A DNA stretch of 64,000 nt from positions 33,058 through 97,057 of the forward strand of contig JAATFU010000006.1 of NCBI GenBank assembly GCA_015655045.1, given 5' to 3'. The stretch is from Candidatus Saccharimonadota bacterium (GTDB lineage: Bacteria > Patescibacteriota > Saccharimonadia > Saccharimonadales > Saccharimonadaceae). The translations under genes were made by a program, and so were the position numbers. The number at the start of each line of letters is the position of its first letter. Position 1 is the first letter of the stretch. Shown here piece by piece: positions 28,076 to 36,084 of this stretch. The notes under the pieces are model-generated. The model saw only the letters and a list, made by a program, of their open reading frames with translations, was not told the origin of the DNA and did not search any database.

Positions 28076-30040
28076 TTGACTCGTTTTTGGCATCGCCGCA
28101 TCTGCGAAGCGACTTTCTTCGTTGCCGTCGTTGTTATTGCTCTCTACGTCGTTCCTTTGCTACCTCAATATGTATTGATTGGACATATTGTCACTATCAG
28201 TCTGCCAGCATGCATCGTAGCGGGCATAACAGCACTTACGAGCATCATTCTATATGTCTGGGCACCAAAAAAAATAGGAGGGCTACCGAGCCTAGTTGTC
28301 TTTATACTACTCGCTACGACGACCAGCCTCCTTATTCTCGGCAGCGGAACGATGTCCTCACCATTTATTGCCCTGCTTATGATCACGGCTATCTTTGCGG
28401 GTGTCTTCGGAATAAGTGGCTATGTGGTGGTCTTGGCTGCTATTGGCTCTGTTCTGGCCGGAAACTATCTCCAGACAGGAACCCTTTCAACTAACACTAT
28501 CGTGATGGCTCTCCTGATTAGTGTGGTACCGCTCCTTGTCAGCTTCCTTATCTGGCATAATAAATCGGCCGGAGCAGCAAACGACGATCGAGCATATAAA
28601 GACCTTGCAAATGAGCTCTCCGAAGTAGCTAGTAAGTCCGAGGTAGTTATTAACGCTATTGGAGACGGCGTCATGGCAGTAGATAACCAGGGCATTATTC
28701 AACTAATTAACCCTGCAGCCCAGACAATCCTCGGGTGGGGAAAACAAGACGCGCTTGCCTTAAGCTATAAATCCGTACTCCAACTTGTCAATCAAAAAGG
28801 TGATCCGCTTGACGCTACCACCGACCCTATCCAGCAAGTGCTCAACACAAACCAACAACTGCGTACCAATGATTTTACGATTATTACAAAAAGTGCCAAA
28901 AAGTTATTAACCTCACTTGTGATTTCACCAATCGGCACCGCTGGATCAGGAGCAATTATTGTTTTTCGAGATATAACAAAAGAGAAGGCCGAGGAACGAG
29001 AACAGGCCGAGTTTATCAGCACCGCAAGTCACGAAATGCGTACACCCGTCGCGTCAATTGAAGGCTATTTAGGACTTGCACTCAATCCAGCTACGGCACA
29101 GATTGATGCTAAAGCTCGTGATTTCATTCTAAAAGCACACGAGTCAGCCCAGCACCTTGGGCGGCTCTTCCAAGACTTACTTGACGTCTCGAAGGCTGAT
29201 GATGGTCGACTGTCGAATAACCCTCGGGTAGTCGATGTTATGACCTTTACACATGATATCGTCCAGGGGTTACAGCCCAAGGCAGCGGAAAAAGGTTTAC
29301 GGCTAACCTTTAAACCAATCCCTGATGATAACGTCAAACATATGACACCTGTCTATTCGGTTAACCTTGATAACGACCATATCCGGGAGATTATCAATAA
29401 CTTAACCGAGAATGCTATTAAATACACACCCTCGGGAGAAGTCGTGGTTGACGTCACAGGCACCGAAGATAAAGTAGTCATTAGTATTCAAGATAGTGGC
29501 ATTGGTATTCCCGCTGAAGATATGCCTCATCTTTTTCAGAAGTTTTATCGGGTCGACAACGTTGATACACGTCAAATTGGCGGTACCGGTCTCGGACTCT
29601 ACTTATGTCGTCGCCTCGCCGAAACTATGGGTGGGCGAATCTGGGCGGAGAGCGAGTACAAGAAGGGGAGTACTTTTTATGTCGAATTGCCTCGACTTGA
29701 GAGTCAAGAAGCAAGTCGGTTAGCCGAGCAACAGGCGGCTGATGCCGCTCGCACTGCTGCGACACCACCACCCGCCGCGGCCTCCTTTACGGTCGCTGAT
29801 GGGGCCGCTCCAAATACGATCCAACCAGCTTCGACTGTTCCTCGTGGAGAAAGTTTAACACCTGAACAAATCGCCCAACATGTTGCTCGCTTACGAGCCA
29901 TGGCCCAAGAGCAATCAGCCTCGGTCATAGCAACGCCTTCGACAGCAATGCCACCCCCTCAAGTTGTAGCACCTACTGTAGCAACTCGCTCACCCCAAGT
30001 CACCATTCCTGTTCGTGATCCATCTCAGCCAACCCAATAA
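28076..30040 (+). CDS. Sensor histidine kinase (polytopic N-terminal domain, PAS-like domain, HisKA, HATPase, then an A/P-rich tail of about 110 aa)
   Basis: TTG start. About 5-6 TM helices, H-box FISTASHEMRTPVASIEGYL, N-box NLTENAIKYT, G-boxes DSGIGI and GTGLGLYLCRRL. The tail reads QQAADAARTAATPPPAAASF...PPPQVVAPTVA. Confidence 0.9.
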   Translation: MTRFWHRRICEATFFVAVVVIALYVVPLLPQYVLIGHIVTISLPACIVAGITALTSIILYVWAPKKIGGLPSLVVFILLATTTSLLILGSGTMSSPFIALLMITAIFAGVFGISGYVVVLAAIGSVLAGNYLQTGTLSTNTIVMALLISVVPLLVSFLIWHNKSAGAANDDRAYKDLANELSEVASKSEVVINAIGDGVMAVDNQGIIQLINPAAQTILGWGKQDALALSYKSVLQLVNQKGDPLDATTDPIQQVLNTNQQLRTNDFTIITKSAKKLLTSLVISPIGTAGSGAIIVFRDITKEKAEEREQAEFISTASHEMRTPVASIEGYLGLALNPATAQIDAKARDFILKAHESAQHLGRLFQDLLDVSKADDGRLSNNPRVVDVMTFTHDIVQGLQPKAAEKGLRLTFKPIPDDNVKHMTPVYSVNLDNDHIREIINNLTENAIKYTPSGEVVVDVTGTEDKVVISIQDSGIGIPAEDMPHLFQKFYRVDNVDTRQIGGTGLGLYLCRRLAETMGGRIWAESEYKKGSTFYVELPRLESQEASRLAEQQAADAARTAATPPPAAASFTVADGAAPNTIQPASTVPRGESLTPEQIAQHVARLRAMAQEQSASVIATPSTAMPPPQVVAPTVATRSPQVTIPVRDPSQPTQ

Positions 30041-30091
30041 GCACAAGGGGTATAGTATTTTTTATAACCTTTCAGTACAATAGGGATAACG

Positions 30092-30979
30092 ATGACAAAG
30101 ATCCTACTAGTAGAAGATGACAAAAGTTTACGAGAGATATATGGCGTCCGTCTTTTAGCCGAGGGTTACGATATTGTCTCTGCGGGTGATGGAGAAGAAG
30201 CACTTGCAATGGCCATCAAAGAACGACCTCAACTCATTGTCAGCGATGTAATGATGCCGAAGATTAGTGGCTTCGATATGCTGGATATTCTACGAAGTAC
30301 CAGTGAAACTAAAGATATTAAGGTGATTATGATGACCGCCCTCAGCAGCGAAGATCAACGGGCCCGCGGCGAAGCGCTTGGTGCTGACCGCTACCTTGTT
30401 AAGTCCCAAGTTGGTATTGAAGACGTCGTCCGCACCGTCCACGATGTGCTTGCAGATGCACCCGTATCTGCTGCAAGTGCCCAAGCAACCTTCGGTACGC
30501 CCGGGCCGTCAGCTGTCATTCGACCTGCCGCACCTGTTGCGCCCCGACCTGTTACAGTACCTCAGCAAACAACGCCAAACCTCGCACCATCACCAGCTCC
30601 TACGGCACCTCCTGTACAGACATATCAAGCTCCTGCACCCGTAGCAGTTACACCTCAACCTGTTACATCACCACCAGTTACGGCCCCACCGGCAGCTCCC
30701 GTAGCCCCTCCTGTATCTCCTCAGCCAACTTATCAACCTCCCGTTACCCAACAACCTGCGCCTACGCAGTTACCTCAGCCTAGCGCACCATTCTCTTCAC
30801 CTCGTCCCGCATCATTAGGTGATCGAGTAATTAATCCGATTACACCCCAAGGTACGACACCAGACGTTGCAAGTCTCATGAATCAAGAATTAGCCGCTGC
30901 ATCACAGCCACCAGTCCTAACTCAGCCACCTGTTCCACCAACGCCGCCATACCCACCAACGCCAAGCCAAACGGTCTAA
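30092..30979 (+). CDS. Response regulator receiver domain fused to a proline-rich low-complexity tail of about 170 aa
   Basis: ILLVEDD, LIVSDVMMPKISGFD and IMMTAL...YLVKS form the receiver. The rest is APVAPRPVTVPQQTTPNLAPSPAPTAPPVQTYQAPAPV... with no recognisable output domain. Confidence 0.85.
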   Translation: MTKILLVEDDKSLREIYGVRLLAEGYDIVSAGDGEEALAMAIKERPQLIVSDVMMPKISGFDMLDILRSTSETKDIKVIMMTALSSEDQRARGEALGADRYLVKSQVGIEDVVRTVHDVLADAPVSAASAQATFGTPGPSAVIRPAAPVAPRPVTVPQQTTPNLAPSPAPTAPPVQTYQAPAPVAVTPQPVTSPPVTAPPAAPVAPPVSPQPTYQPPVTQQPAPTQLPQPSAPFSSPRPASLGDRVINPITPQGTTPDVASLMNQELAAASQPPVLTQPPVPPTPPYPPTPSQTV

Positions 30980-31002
30980 CACCTGATATACTAAGAGTTA
31001 TA

Positions 31003-31701
31003 GTGACACCCGAAACACCTGATGTAACTCGTCTTAATAAATACCTCGCACTCCAGCTCGGGGTATCTCGTCGTGAAGCCGATAACCTTATCGCTGCTAA
31101 ACGAGTAACTATTAACGGCATCCTCGCCACTCTCGGGGCTCGTCTCCAGCCAGCCGATACCGTACTAGTCGATGCTAAACCCATTAAGCAGGATACTGCC
31201 TACGTCTATTTAGCGCTTCACAAACCAACCGGTTATGTCTGTTCTCGCCGTCAACAGGGGGATAGCCCGACAATTTATGACCTTCTTCCTCCTGAATATC
31301 ATGCCCTTAAGACAGTCGGCCGGCTTGATCGAGACAGTAGTGGTATTATTCTGTTAAGCAATGATGGCGATTTTGCTTTTCACATGACACATCCAAAGTT
31401 TGCAAAAACAAAGGTATATAAGGTTCGACTTGATCATGATCTTGAGCCACTCCATCAACAGATGATCAGCGACTATGGTATCCAACTTGAAGATGGTACA
31501 AGCACTTTACAGCTTGAACGACTAAGCCAAGCCGATCGTCAAGATTGGATTGTTACCATGAAAGAGGGGAGGAACCGCCAAATCCGTCGAACCTTTGGCG
31601 CTCTTGGTTATTCTGTTACGAAGCTTCATCGAACAAACTTCGGTAATTATGCATTAGGTGATATAAAAGTTGGAGAGTATGAGCTCATCACTATCCAGTA
31701 G
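31003..31701 (+). CDS. Pseudouridine synthase, RsuA/RluB family
   Basis: S4 domain RLNKYLALQLGVSRREADNLI and catalytic VGRLDRDSSGIILLSNDG, plus REGRNRQIRR. GTG start. Confidence 0.9.
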   Translation: MTPETPDVTRLNKYLALQLGVSRREADNLIAAKRVTINGILATLGARLQPADTVLVDAKPIKQDTAYVYLALHKPTGYVCSRRQQGDSPTIYDLLPPEYHALKTVGRLDRDSSGIILLSNDGDFAFHMTHPKFAKTKVYKVRLDHDLEPLHQQMISDYGIQLEDGTSTLQLERLSQADRQDWIVTMKEGRNRQIRRTFGALGYSVTKLHRTNFGNYALGDIKVGEYELITIQ

Positions 31702-31785
31702 GTGATATATTGCCAATCTCTTAGTCACTGGTATAGTAAAGTTATATTTATTAGAGTACGTCGAACTATAGGAGTATGGCCGATT

Positions 31786-32451
31786 ATGCCACGAATCATT
31801 ACCCCCGAGCAATCTGAAGCATTCAAAACGGCTTTACGTACTGAGACGGCCCAGTGGAATGATACAATACCTCCTTATACGAATGAGCCGGGTAGTATCG
31901 GGGTCTACGACGAAATGGGTGACATCCTCCTTGCTCGTATGCGTCACATTACTCTTCCAGAGTATTTTCATTCAAGCGCCATAAGTGGGGGAATGGCGGT
32001 TATACCTCGATTTATGTACGCCGGCGGAGCTAAGGCCGCCCTGGCCGGACTTACGATTGACCAGCTTCACTCTGCCATGTATACGAGTGCGTCTTTTAAT
32101 ACACTAAGCTTACTCACTCGGGAAAAGAATAAAGTCGCAACCAGAATTGAGCTCGCGCTTGGTCTTAAACGAGGACCCTATGAAAGCGTTGATGATCGCT
32201 TAGCTGAATATAAAATTGACTCAGAGGAAGGATTATCCATCCCAAGGTATCACTTCTTGCGCGATAGTATACGAGAAGAACTCTTTGTCGAAAGTGAGGG
32301 TCGACAGATTAGCGCTCAGGAAGTAAGGGCTGAGAATCCTATTCTATGCGAAGGGCATCAGGCAGGACTCGTGGCTACGGTATATCGGAGTATGTTACAC
32401 ATTTGTCTACAAGACGCCCACCTTTATCCAGCCACACTCGCACGAATATAA
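31786..32451 (+). CDS. Hypothetical protein (221 aa)
   Basis: Internal ATG at 31786 with GGAG 11 nt upstream. No motif recognised. Confidence 0.45.
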   Translation: MPRIITPEQSEAFKTALRTETAQWNDTIPPYTNEPGSIGVYDEMGDILLARMRHITLPEYFHSSAISGGMAVIPRFMYAGGAKAALAGLTIDQLHSAMYTSASFNTLSLLTREKNKVATRIELALGLKRGPYESVDDRLAEYKIDSEEGLSIPRYHFLRDSIREELFVESEGRQISAQEVRAENPILCEGHQAGLVATVYRSMLHICLQDAHLYPATLARI

Positions 32452-32528
32452 ATACTGTCGCATCCATAACACAGCAAAGACGCTTATGCTCGCTAACTCG
32501 CCTTATCTCTGTTATAATGAGCAAAGTT

Positions 32529-33947
32529 ATGGCTTCAAAACTCCCCACAGTTGCGATTATTGGTCAAGCGAATGTCGGCAAGAGTTCGCTTTTTAATCGT
32601 CTCGTACAATCCCAACAGGCTATCGTTGCCCGTGAAGCCGGCACAACTCGCGATAATGTCGTGGGCCGAGTTGAGTACCAACATCACCAATTTTGGCTAG
32701 TCGATACAGCCGGGCTTAAAGATCCGAACGACGAATTCGAAGCTTCTATTCAGGAACAAATTACTGAAGCGGCCGAAGCGGCCGATGTCATTTTAGTCGT
32801 TGTTGATAGCACACAGTATGTCAGCGACCAAGACCGGATGGTTGCCAAAAAAGCACTTCGAAGCAAGAAACCAGTCTTGCTAATTATCAATAAGACAGAC
32901 CTTAAAGAGAGTATTGCAAGCGATGAGTTCAAACGTCTTGGTATTAAAGAGATGATTCGAACTAGTGCCGAACATAATCAGGGTATCCTCGATGTACTTG
33001 ATGAAATCGTCGACCTTATCCCAGCAAAGAGCGAAGAAGCACCAGATGATGTTCTGCGAATCGCCTTGATTGGACGCCCAAACGTTGGTAAAAGCTATCT
33101 ATTTAACACCCTTGCCGGTAAGCAACAGGCAATTGTGGCCAATATTGCAGGGACTACTCGTGATATTAACCGAATCGCTGTTCGTTACGGCGCTCGAGAC
33201 ATCGAGCTCCTTGATACAGCCGGAATGCGGAAGCCAGGAAAACAAGAAGTGGGCATTGAGAAGTTTAGTGTCTTACGAACGTTGTATGCAATTGAGCAAA
33301 GTGATGTGTGTTTTCTCTTGATGGATGTCAACGAGTTGAACACACAACTTGATCAACGCTTAGCTGGCATTATTGATGAAGCCGGTAAGGGGATGGTGAT
33401 TGTCGTCAGTAAGTGGGATAGCGTCGAAAATAAAGACGCCTATACTCGAGATGCCCTGGCGCCAACTATTTCTCGTACTTTTAAATTTACTCCTTGGGCA
33501 CCGCTCATCTTTACGAGTAGTGTAACGGGCCAAAATGTCACAAAGCTCTTTGATCTTGCCCTCGATATCGATGCCCGTCGTCGTCAGCAAGTCAAGACGC
33601 GCGCTTTAAATGACCTACTCCAAAAAGTTGTTCAGATGCATCCACCAGCCGGCTTGAAGAATACGCATCCAAAATTACGCTATATTGTCCAAACCGACAT
33701 CACACCACCTTGGTTTGTGATCTATGGAAGCAACCTCAAGTTTATTCATTGGAGCTACAAGCGCTACATTGAGCGTCATATGCGCGAAACCTTTAACTTT
33801 GCAGGGACGCCTATTAAGTTCAGCTTCCGTGATGAGAAACAGATCAAGGCTAACAAAGCCCGTATCGCCGAAGGCAAAGAGCCAGTCACTAAGAAGTATA
33901 AGCAAGAAAAAGAAAAACTCGCTCGGATCTCTCCAAGCGAGGAATAA
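32529..33947 (+). CDS. der: Ribosome-associated GTPase Der/EngA (two GTPase domains plus KH-like C-terminal domain)
   Basis: GQANVGKSSLFNRL, DTAG and NKTD in domain 1. GRPNVGKSYLFN, DTAGMRK and SKWD in domain 2. The start is ATG 32529 or 32517; the long upstream extension of the ORF overlaps the previous gene. Confidence 0.9.
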   Translation: MASKLPTVAIIGQANVGKSSLFNRLVQSQQAIVAREAGTTRDNVVGRVEYQHHQFWLVDTAGLKDPNDEFEASIQEQITEAAEAADVILVVVDSTQYVSDQDRMVAKKALRSKKPVLLIINKTDLKESIASDEFKRLGIKEMIRTSAEHNQGILDVLDEIVDLIPAKSEEAPDDVLRIALIGRPNVGKSYLFNTLAGKQQAIVANIAGTTRDINRIAVRYGARDIELLDTAGMRKPGKQEVGIEKFSVLRTLYAIEQSDVCFLLMDVNELNTQLDQRLAGIIDEAGKGMVIVVSKWDSVENKDAYTRDALAPTISRTFKFTPWAPLIFTSSVTGQNVTKLFDLALDIDARRRQQVKTRALNDLLQKVVQMHPPAGLKNTHPKLRYIVQTDITPPWFVIYGSNLKFIHWSYKRYIERHMRETFNFAGTPIKFSFRDEKQIKANKARIAEGKEPVTKKYKQEKEKLARISPSEE

Positions 33948-33958
33948 TGTTGGGTTGG

Positions 33959-34002
33959 GATCTAGCCTGACGAGGAAATATATCCCTCAGCCAGGCTAGA
34001 TC
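33959..34002. terminator. Strong hairpin between convergent der (+) and a membrane-protein gene (-)
   Basis: GATCTAGCCTG...CAGGCTAGATC forms a perfect 11 bp stem with further inner GAGG/CCTC pairing. No clear U-tract. Confidence 0.4.
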
Positions 34003-34033
34003 ATGATGATTAGAGGAAACTGGTGGCGATCGG

Positions 34034-34345
34034 CTAGACCGTGTTTGATGACAACTGACGTTTTGTGCGAATATACAGAATGTACTCTATTGCACAGCAA
34101 ACGTAGAAGATGGCCGCTGCTGTCGTTACGACTACCAACAGGTCATCCCGGACCGGCAGAAAGATACAAACCAGTGTAAATATCGCAAATCCAGGACACC
34201 CTACGAACGTGATCGGCCACACAAACCGAGCGCTCATCACGTCCTCGGGAAACTCGTGGAGACGGGCGAAAGCGTACAGCCTCGGCAGTCTTACGGCGAT
34301 TGCCGCAGTCACCAGGATATAAGCAAGAAACAATGCAATAGCCAT
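34034..34345 (-). CDS. Hypothetical small membrane protein (3 predicted TM helices)
   Basis: Hydrophobic segments IALFLAYILVTAAIAV, WPITFVGCPGFAIFTLVCIFL and LLVVVTTAAAIFYVCCAIEYILYI. Confidence 0.5.
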   Translation of the reverse strand: MAIALFLAYILVTAAIAVRLPRLYAFARLHEFPEDVMSARFVWPITFVGCPGFAIFTLVCIFLPVRDDLLVVVTTAAAIFYVCCAIEYILYIRTKRQLSSNTV

Positions 34346-34437
34346 GATGGCTCCTTAATCAAATTATTCACGACTCTCGTGAACAAGCGTATTATACAAT
34401 AATACGCTTAAACTCACAATGATTTACAATAGAGTAC

Positions 34438-35007
34438 ATGAAGCTCATCCTCGGACAAGGTAATCCCGAAACAAAATACGACGGTACCCGCCATAACGTA
34501 GGCTTCTCTATGCTCGATGTATTTGCTACCGCCCATGCCGTTGTCTGGCACGAGAAATCAAAATTTGATGCGCTGATAGGAGAAGCTCTCATTGACAATG
34601 AAAAGGTCTTATTAGTTAAACCAACCACATTTTATAATGAAACAGGCCAATCGGCGCGGAAACTCATCGACTTTTACTCTCTCGATCCAGTCCAAGATCT
34701 GCTCGTTATCCACGATGACCTTGCCTTACCACTTGGCACTATTCGTACCCGTAAGCAGGGGAGTGACGCGGGTAATAATGGCATAAAATCACTCAATGCC
34801 CACATTGGTCAAGATTATAGCCGTATTAGAATCGGTATCTGGAGTACATTGCGCGACCAAATGAACGATACCGAATTTGTCTTAGGTAAGTTTAGTCAGT
34901 CCGAACGAGAGACTTTGTTGGCGCTCACGCCAACAGTCATGAATTATATCGAAAACTTCATAGCAAGTACCCTTATCCATGAGACGAGTAAGCTTGAGCT
35001 TGCGTAA
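34438..35007 (+). CDS. pth: Peptidyl-tRNA hydrolase
   Basis: MKLILGQGNPETKYDGTRHNVGF, VIHDDLALPLG and GSDAGNNGIKS are canonical Pth motifs. Confidence 0.95.
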   Translation: MKLILGQGNPETKYDGTRHNVGFSMLDVFATAHAVVWHEKSKFDALIGEALIDNEKVLLVKPTTFYNETGQSARKLIDFYSLDPVQDLLVIHDDLALPLGTIRTRKQGSDAGNNGIKSLNAHIGQDYSRIRIGIWSTLRDQMNDTEFVLGKFSQSERETLLALTPTVMNYIENFIASTLIHETSKLELA

Positions 35008-35073
35008 AGTCCGGCATGGGGTGTATAAATGAGCCTGACGGATTATATTTGATTCATAACGGAAGGAGTGATC

Positions 35074-35415
35074 ATGACACTCACCTCCGCCACATCCGTG
35101 GCACACGAGGTTGCAAAATCCATCGAAAGTAGGGCAGCGACGCACGGAGCACTCGTGCTCCGTAATTCCCAAGCCAGGCTCGAGTCCGTCCGACTCGCGA
35201 ATGGCCGGATCGTCCTCGAACGGACGATCAGACTGAAGGGTAGGTTCTTCTTGACGAGACAAGGAATTGGCGCCCAAAAGCGTCACCTCATCTTCTTTCG
35301 TCTCATTGAACATGTTGGTCATCAGCGATATGATGCCGAACTGTCCAGTGAATCACTCATCGCAATGAGTCAAAGGCTCGACCGTCTCATTGGTGAAGAT
35401 GCCGCCCAACACTAA
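35074..35415 (+). CDS. Hypothetical basic protein (113 aa) in a locally GC-richer patch
   Basis: Near-ideal SD (GGAAGGAG) 5 nt before ATG 35074, and a hairpin with a T-rich tail directly after the stop (35424-35466). An exactly antiparallel ORF exists on the minus strand, so coding-strand assignment rests on these signals. Confidence 0.5.
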   Translation: MTLTSATSVAHEVAKSIESRAATHGALVLRNSQARLESVRLANGRIVLERTIRLKGRFFLTRQGIGAQKRHLIFFRLIEHVGHQRYDAELSSESLIAMSQRLDRLIGEDAAQH

Positions 35416-35423
35416 TCCGCCCT

Positions 35424-35466
35424 GGCGGCGCAGACTTCAAACCTCTGCGCCGCCCTTACTCTTTTC
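35424..35466 (+). terminator. Intrinsic-terminator-like hairpin after ORF 35074-35415
   Basis: GGCGGCGCAGA-cttcaaacc-TCTGCGCCGCC (11 bp GC-rich stem) followed by CTTACTCTTTTC. Confidence 0.55.
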
Positions 35467-35529
35467 GGCGAGAATGTCACCCCCGTAAAGGTACGCTAAA
35501 TTGTTTTATACGAGATTATTTTGGGATAT

Positions 35530-35650
35530 AAAAAAGCGCCAGGTAAGGGTGGGCATCACCTGGCGCCGTTTTACCCTTTAACCCACCCAAGGGGCAAGCG
35601 TAACGATCTCGTTCATAAGATACGCAGACGTTCGCTGGTTAAAGGGATTA
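35530..35650 (-). ncRNA. Candidate small structured RNA ending in a strong intrinsic terminator
   Basis: On the minus strand, a 10 bp helix CCCTTTAACC/GGTTAAAGGG encloses an inner hairpin AGCGAACG/CGTTACGCT. This is followed by GCGCCAGGT-gatgcccaccctt-ACCTGGCGC-TTTTTT. No ORF with an SD is present. The 5' end is only guessed, from a weak TTGATA-N19-TATACT. Confidence 0.35.
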
Positions 35651-36084
35651 GTATACACACAATGCTGGTTCGGATATCAAAAAATGAGATCGTCATCTAA
35701 AAGGTGGAGGGTAGATTACCTTAAAGATACATTGTATGTACCCTAACATAAGTTAGAATAGGGGGTATAAGGTGCTTTTGGTTAATCTCGCAGAGTCAAC
35801 CAATCGTGTTTGATATTAGCACGTGTTTGACATAATGTCAATACTTTTTGACATAAAACTTGACCTAAATCAATAGAATTCTACCCCTAAAGCATAAGTG
35901 TTAACAGATTAGGTGGCCTATTGCTATAATATCAATTATATTTCGTCAGTATAATAGACCAAACTCGGTAAGCTATGGAGCTCATGGTTCCTATTCTTAA
36001 AAGATTATTTTCTTTACAAAGCTTTGCAAGTTGCGTATAACTAATCACTGTGTTTAGCTAAAGCAATAACCACAACCAGAATAT

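Noticed and set aside
34882-35322. Minus-strand 146 aa ORF with a Cys-rich, RiPP-precursor-like segment (CPTFDGFCNLVCHGCGGGECH)
   Set aside because: It has no SD before either ATG. It runs across the SD of the opposite ORF and 126 nt into the 3' end of pth, with a junk-like C-terminal half. It is in exact antiparallel codon register with the better-signalled + ORF, so it is most likely a shadow frame. It is kept as an alternative in the findings.
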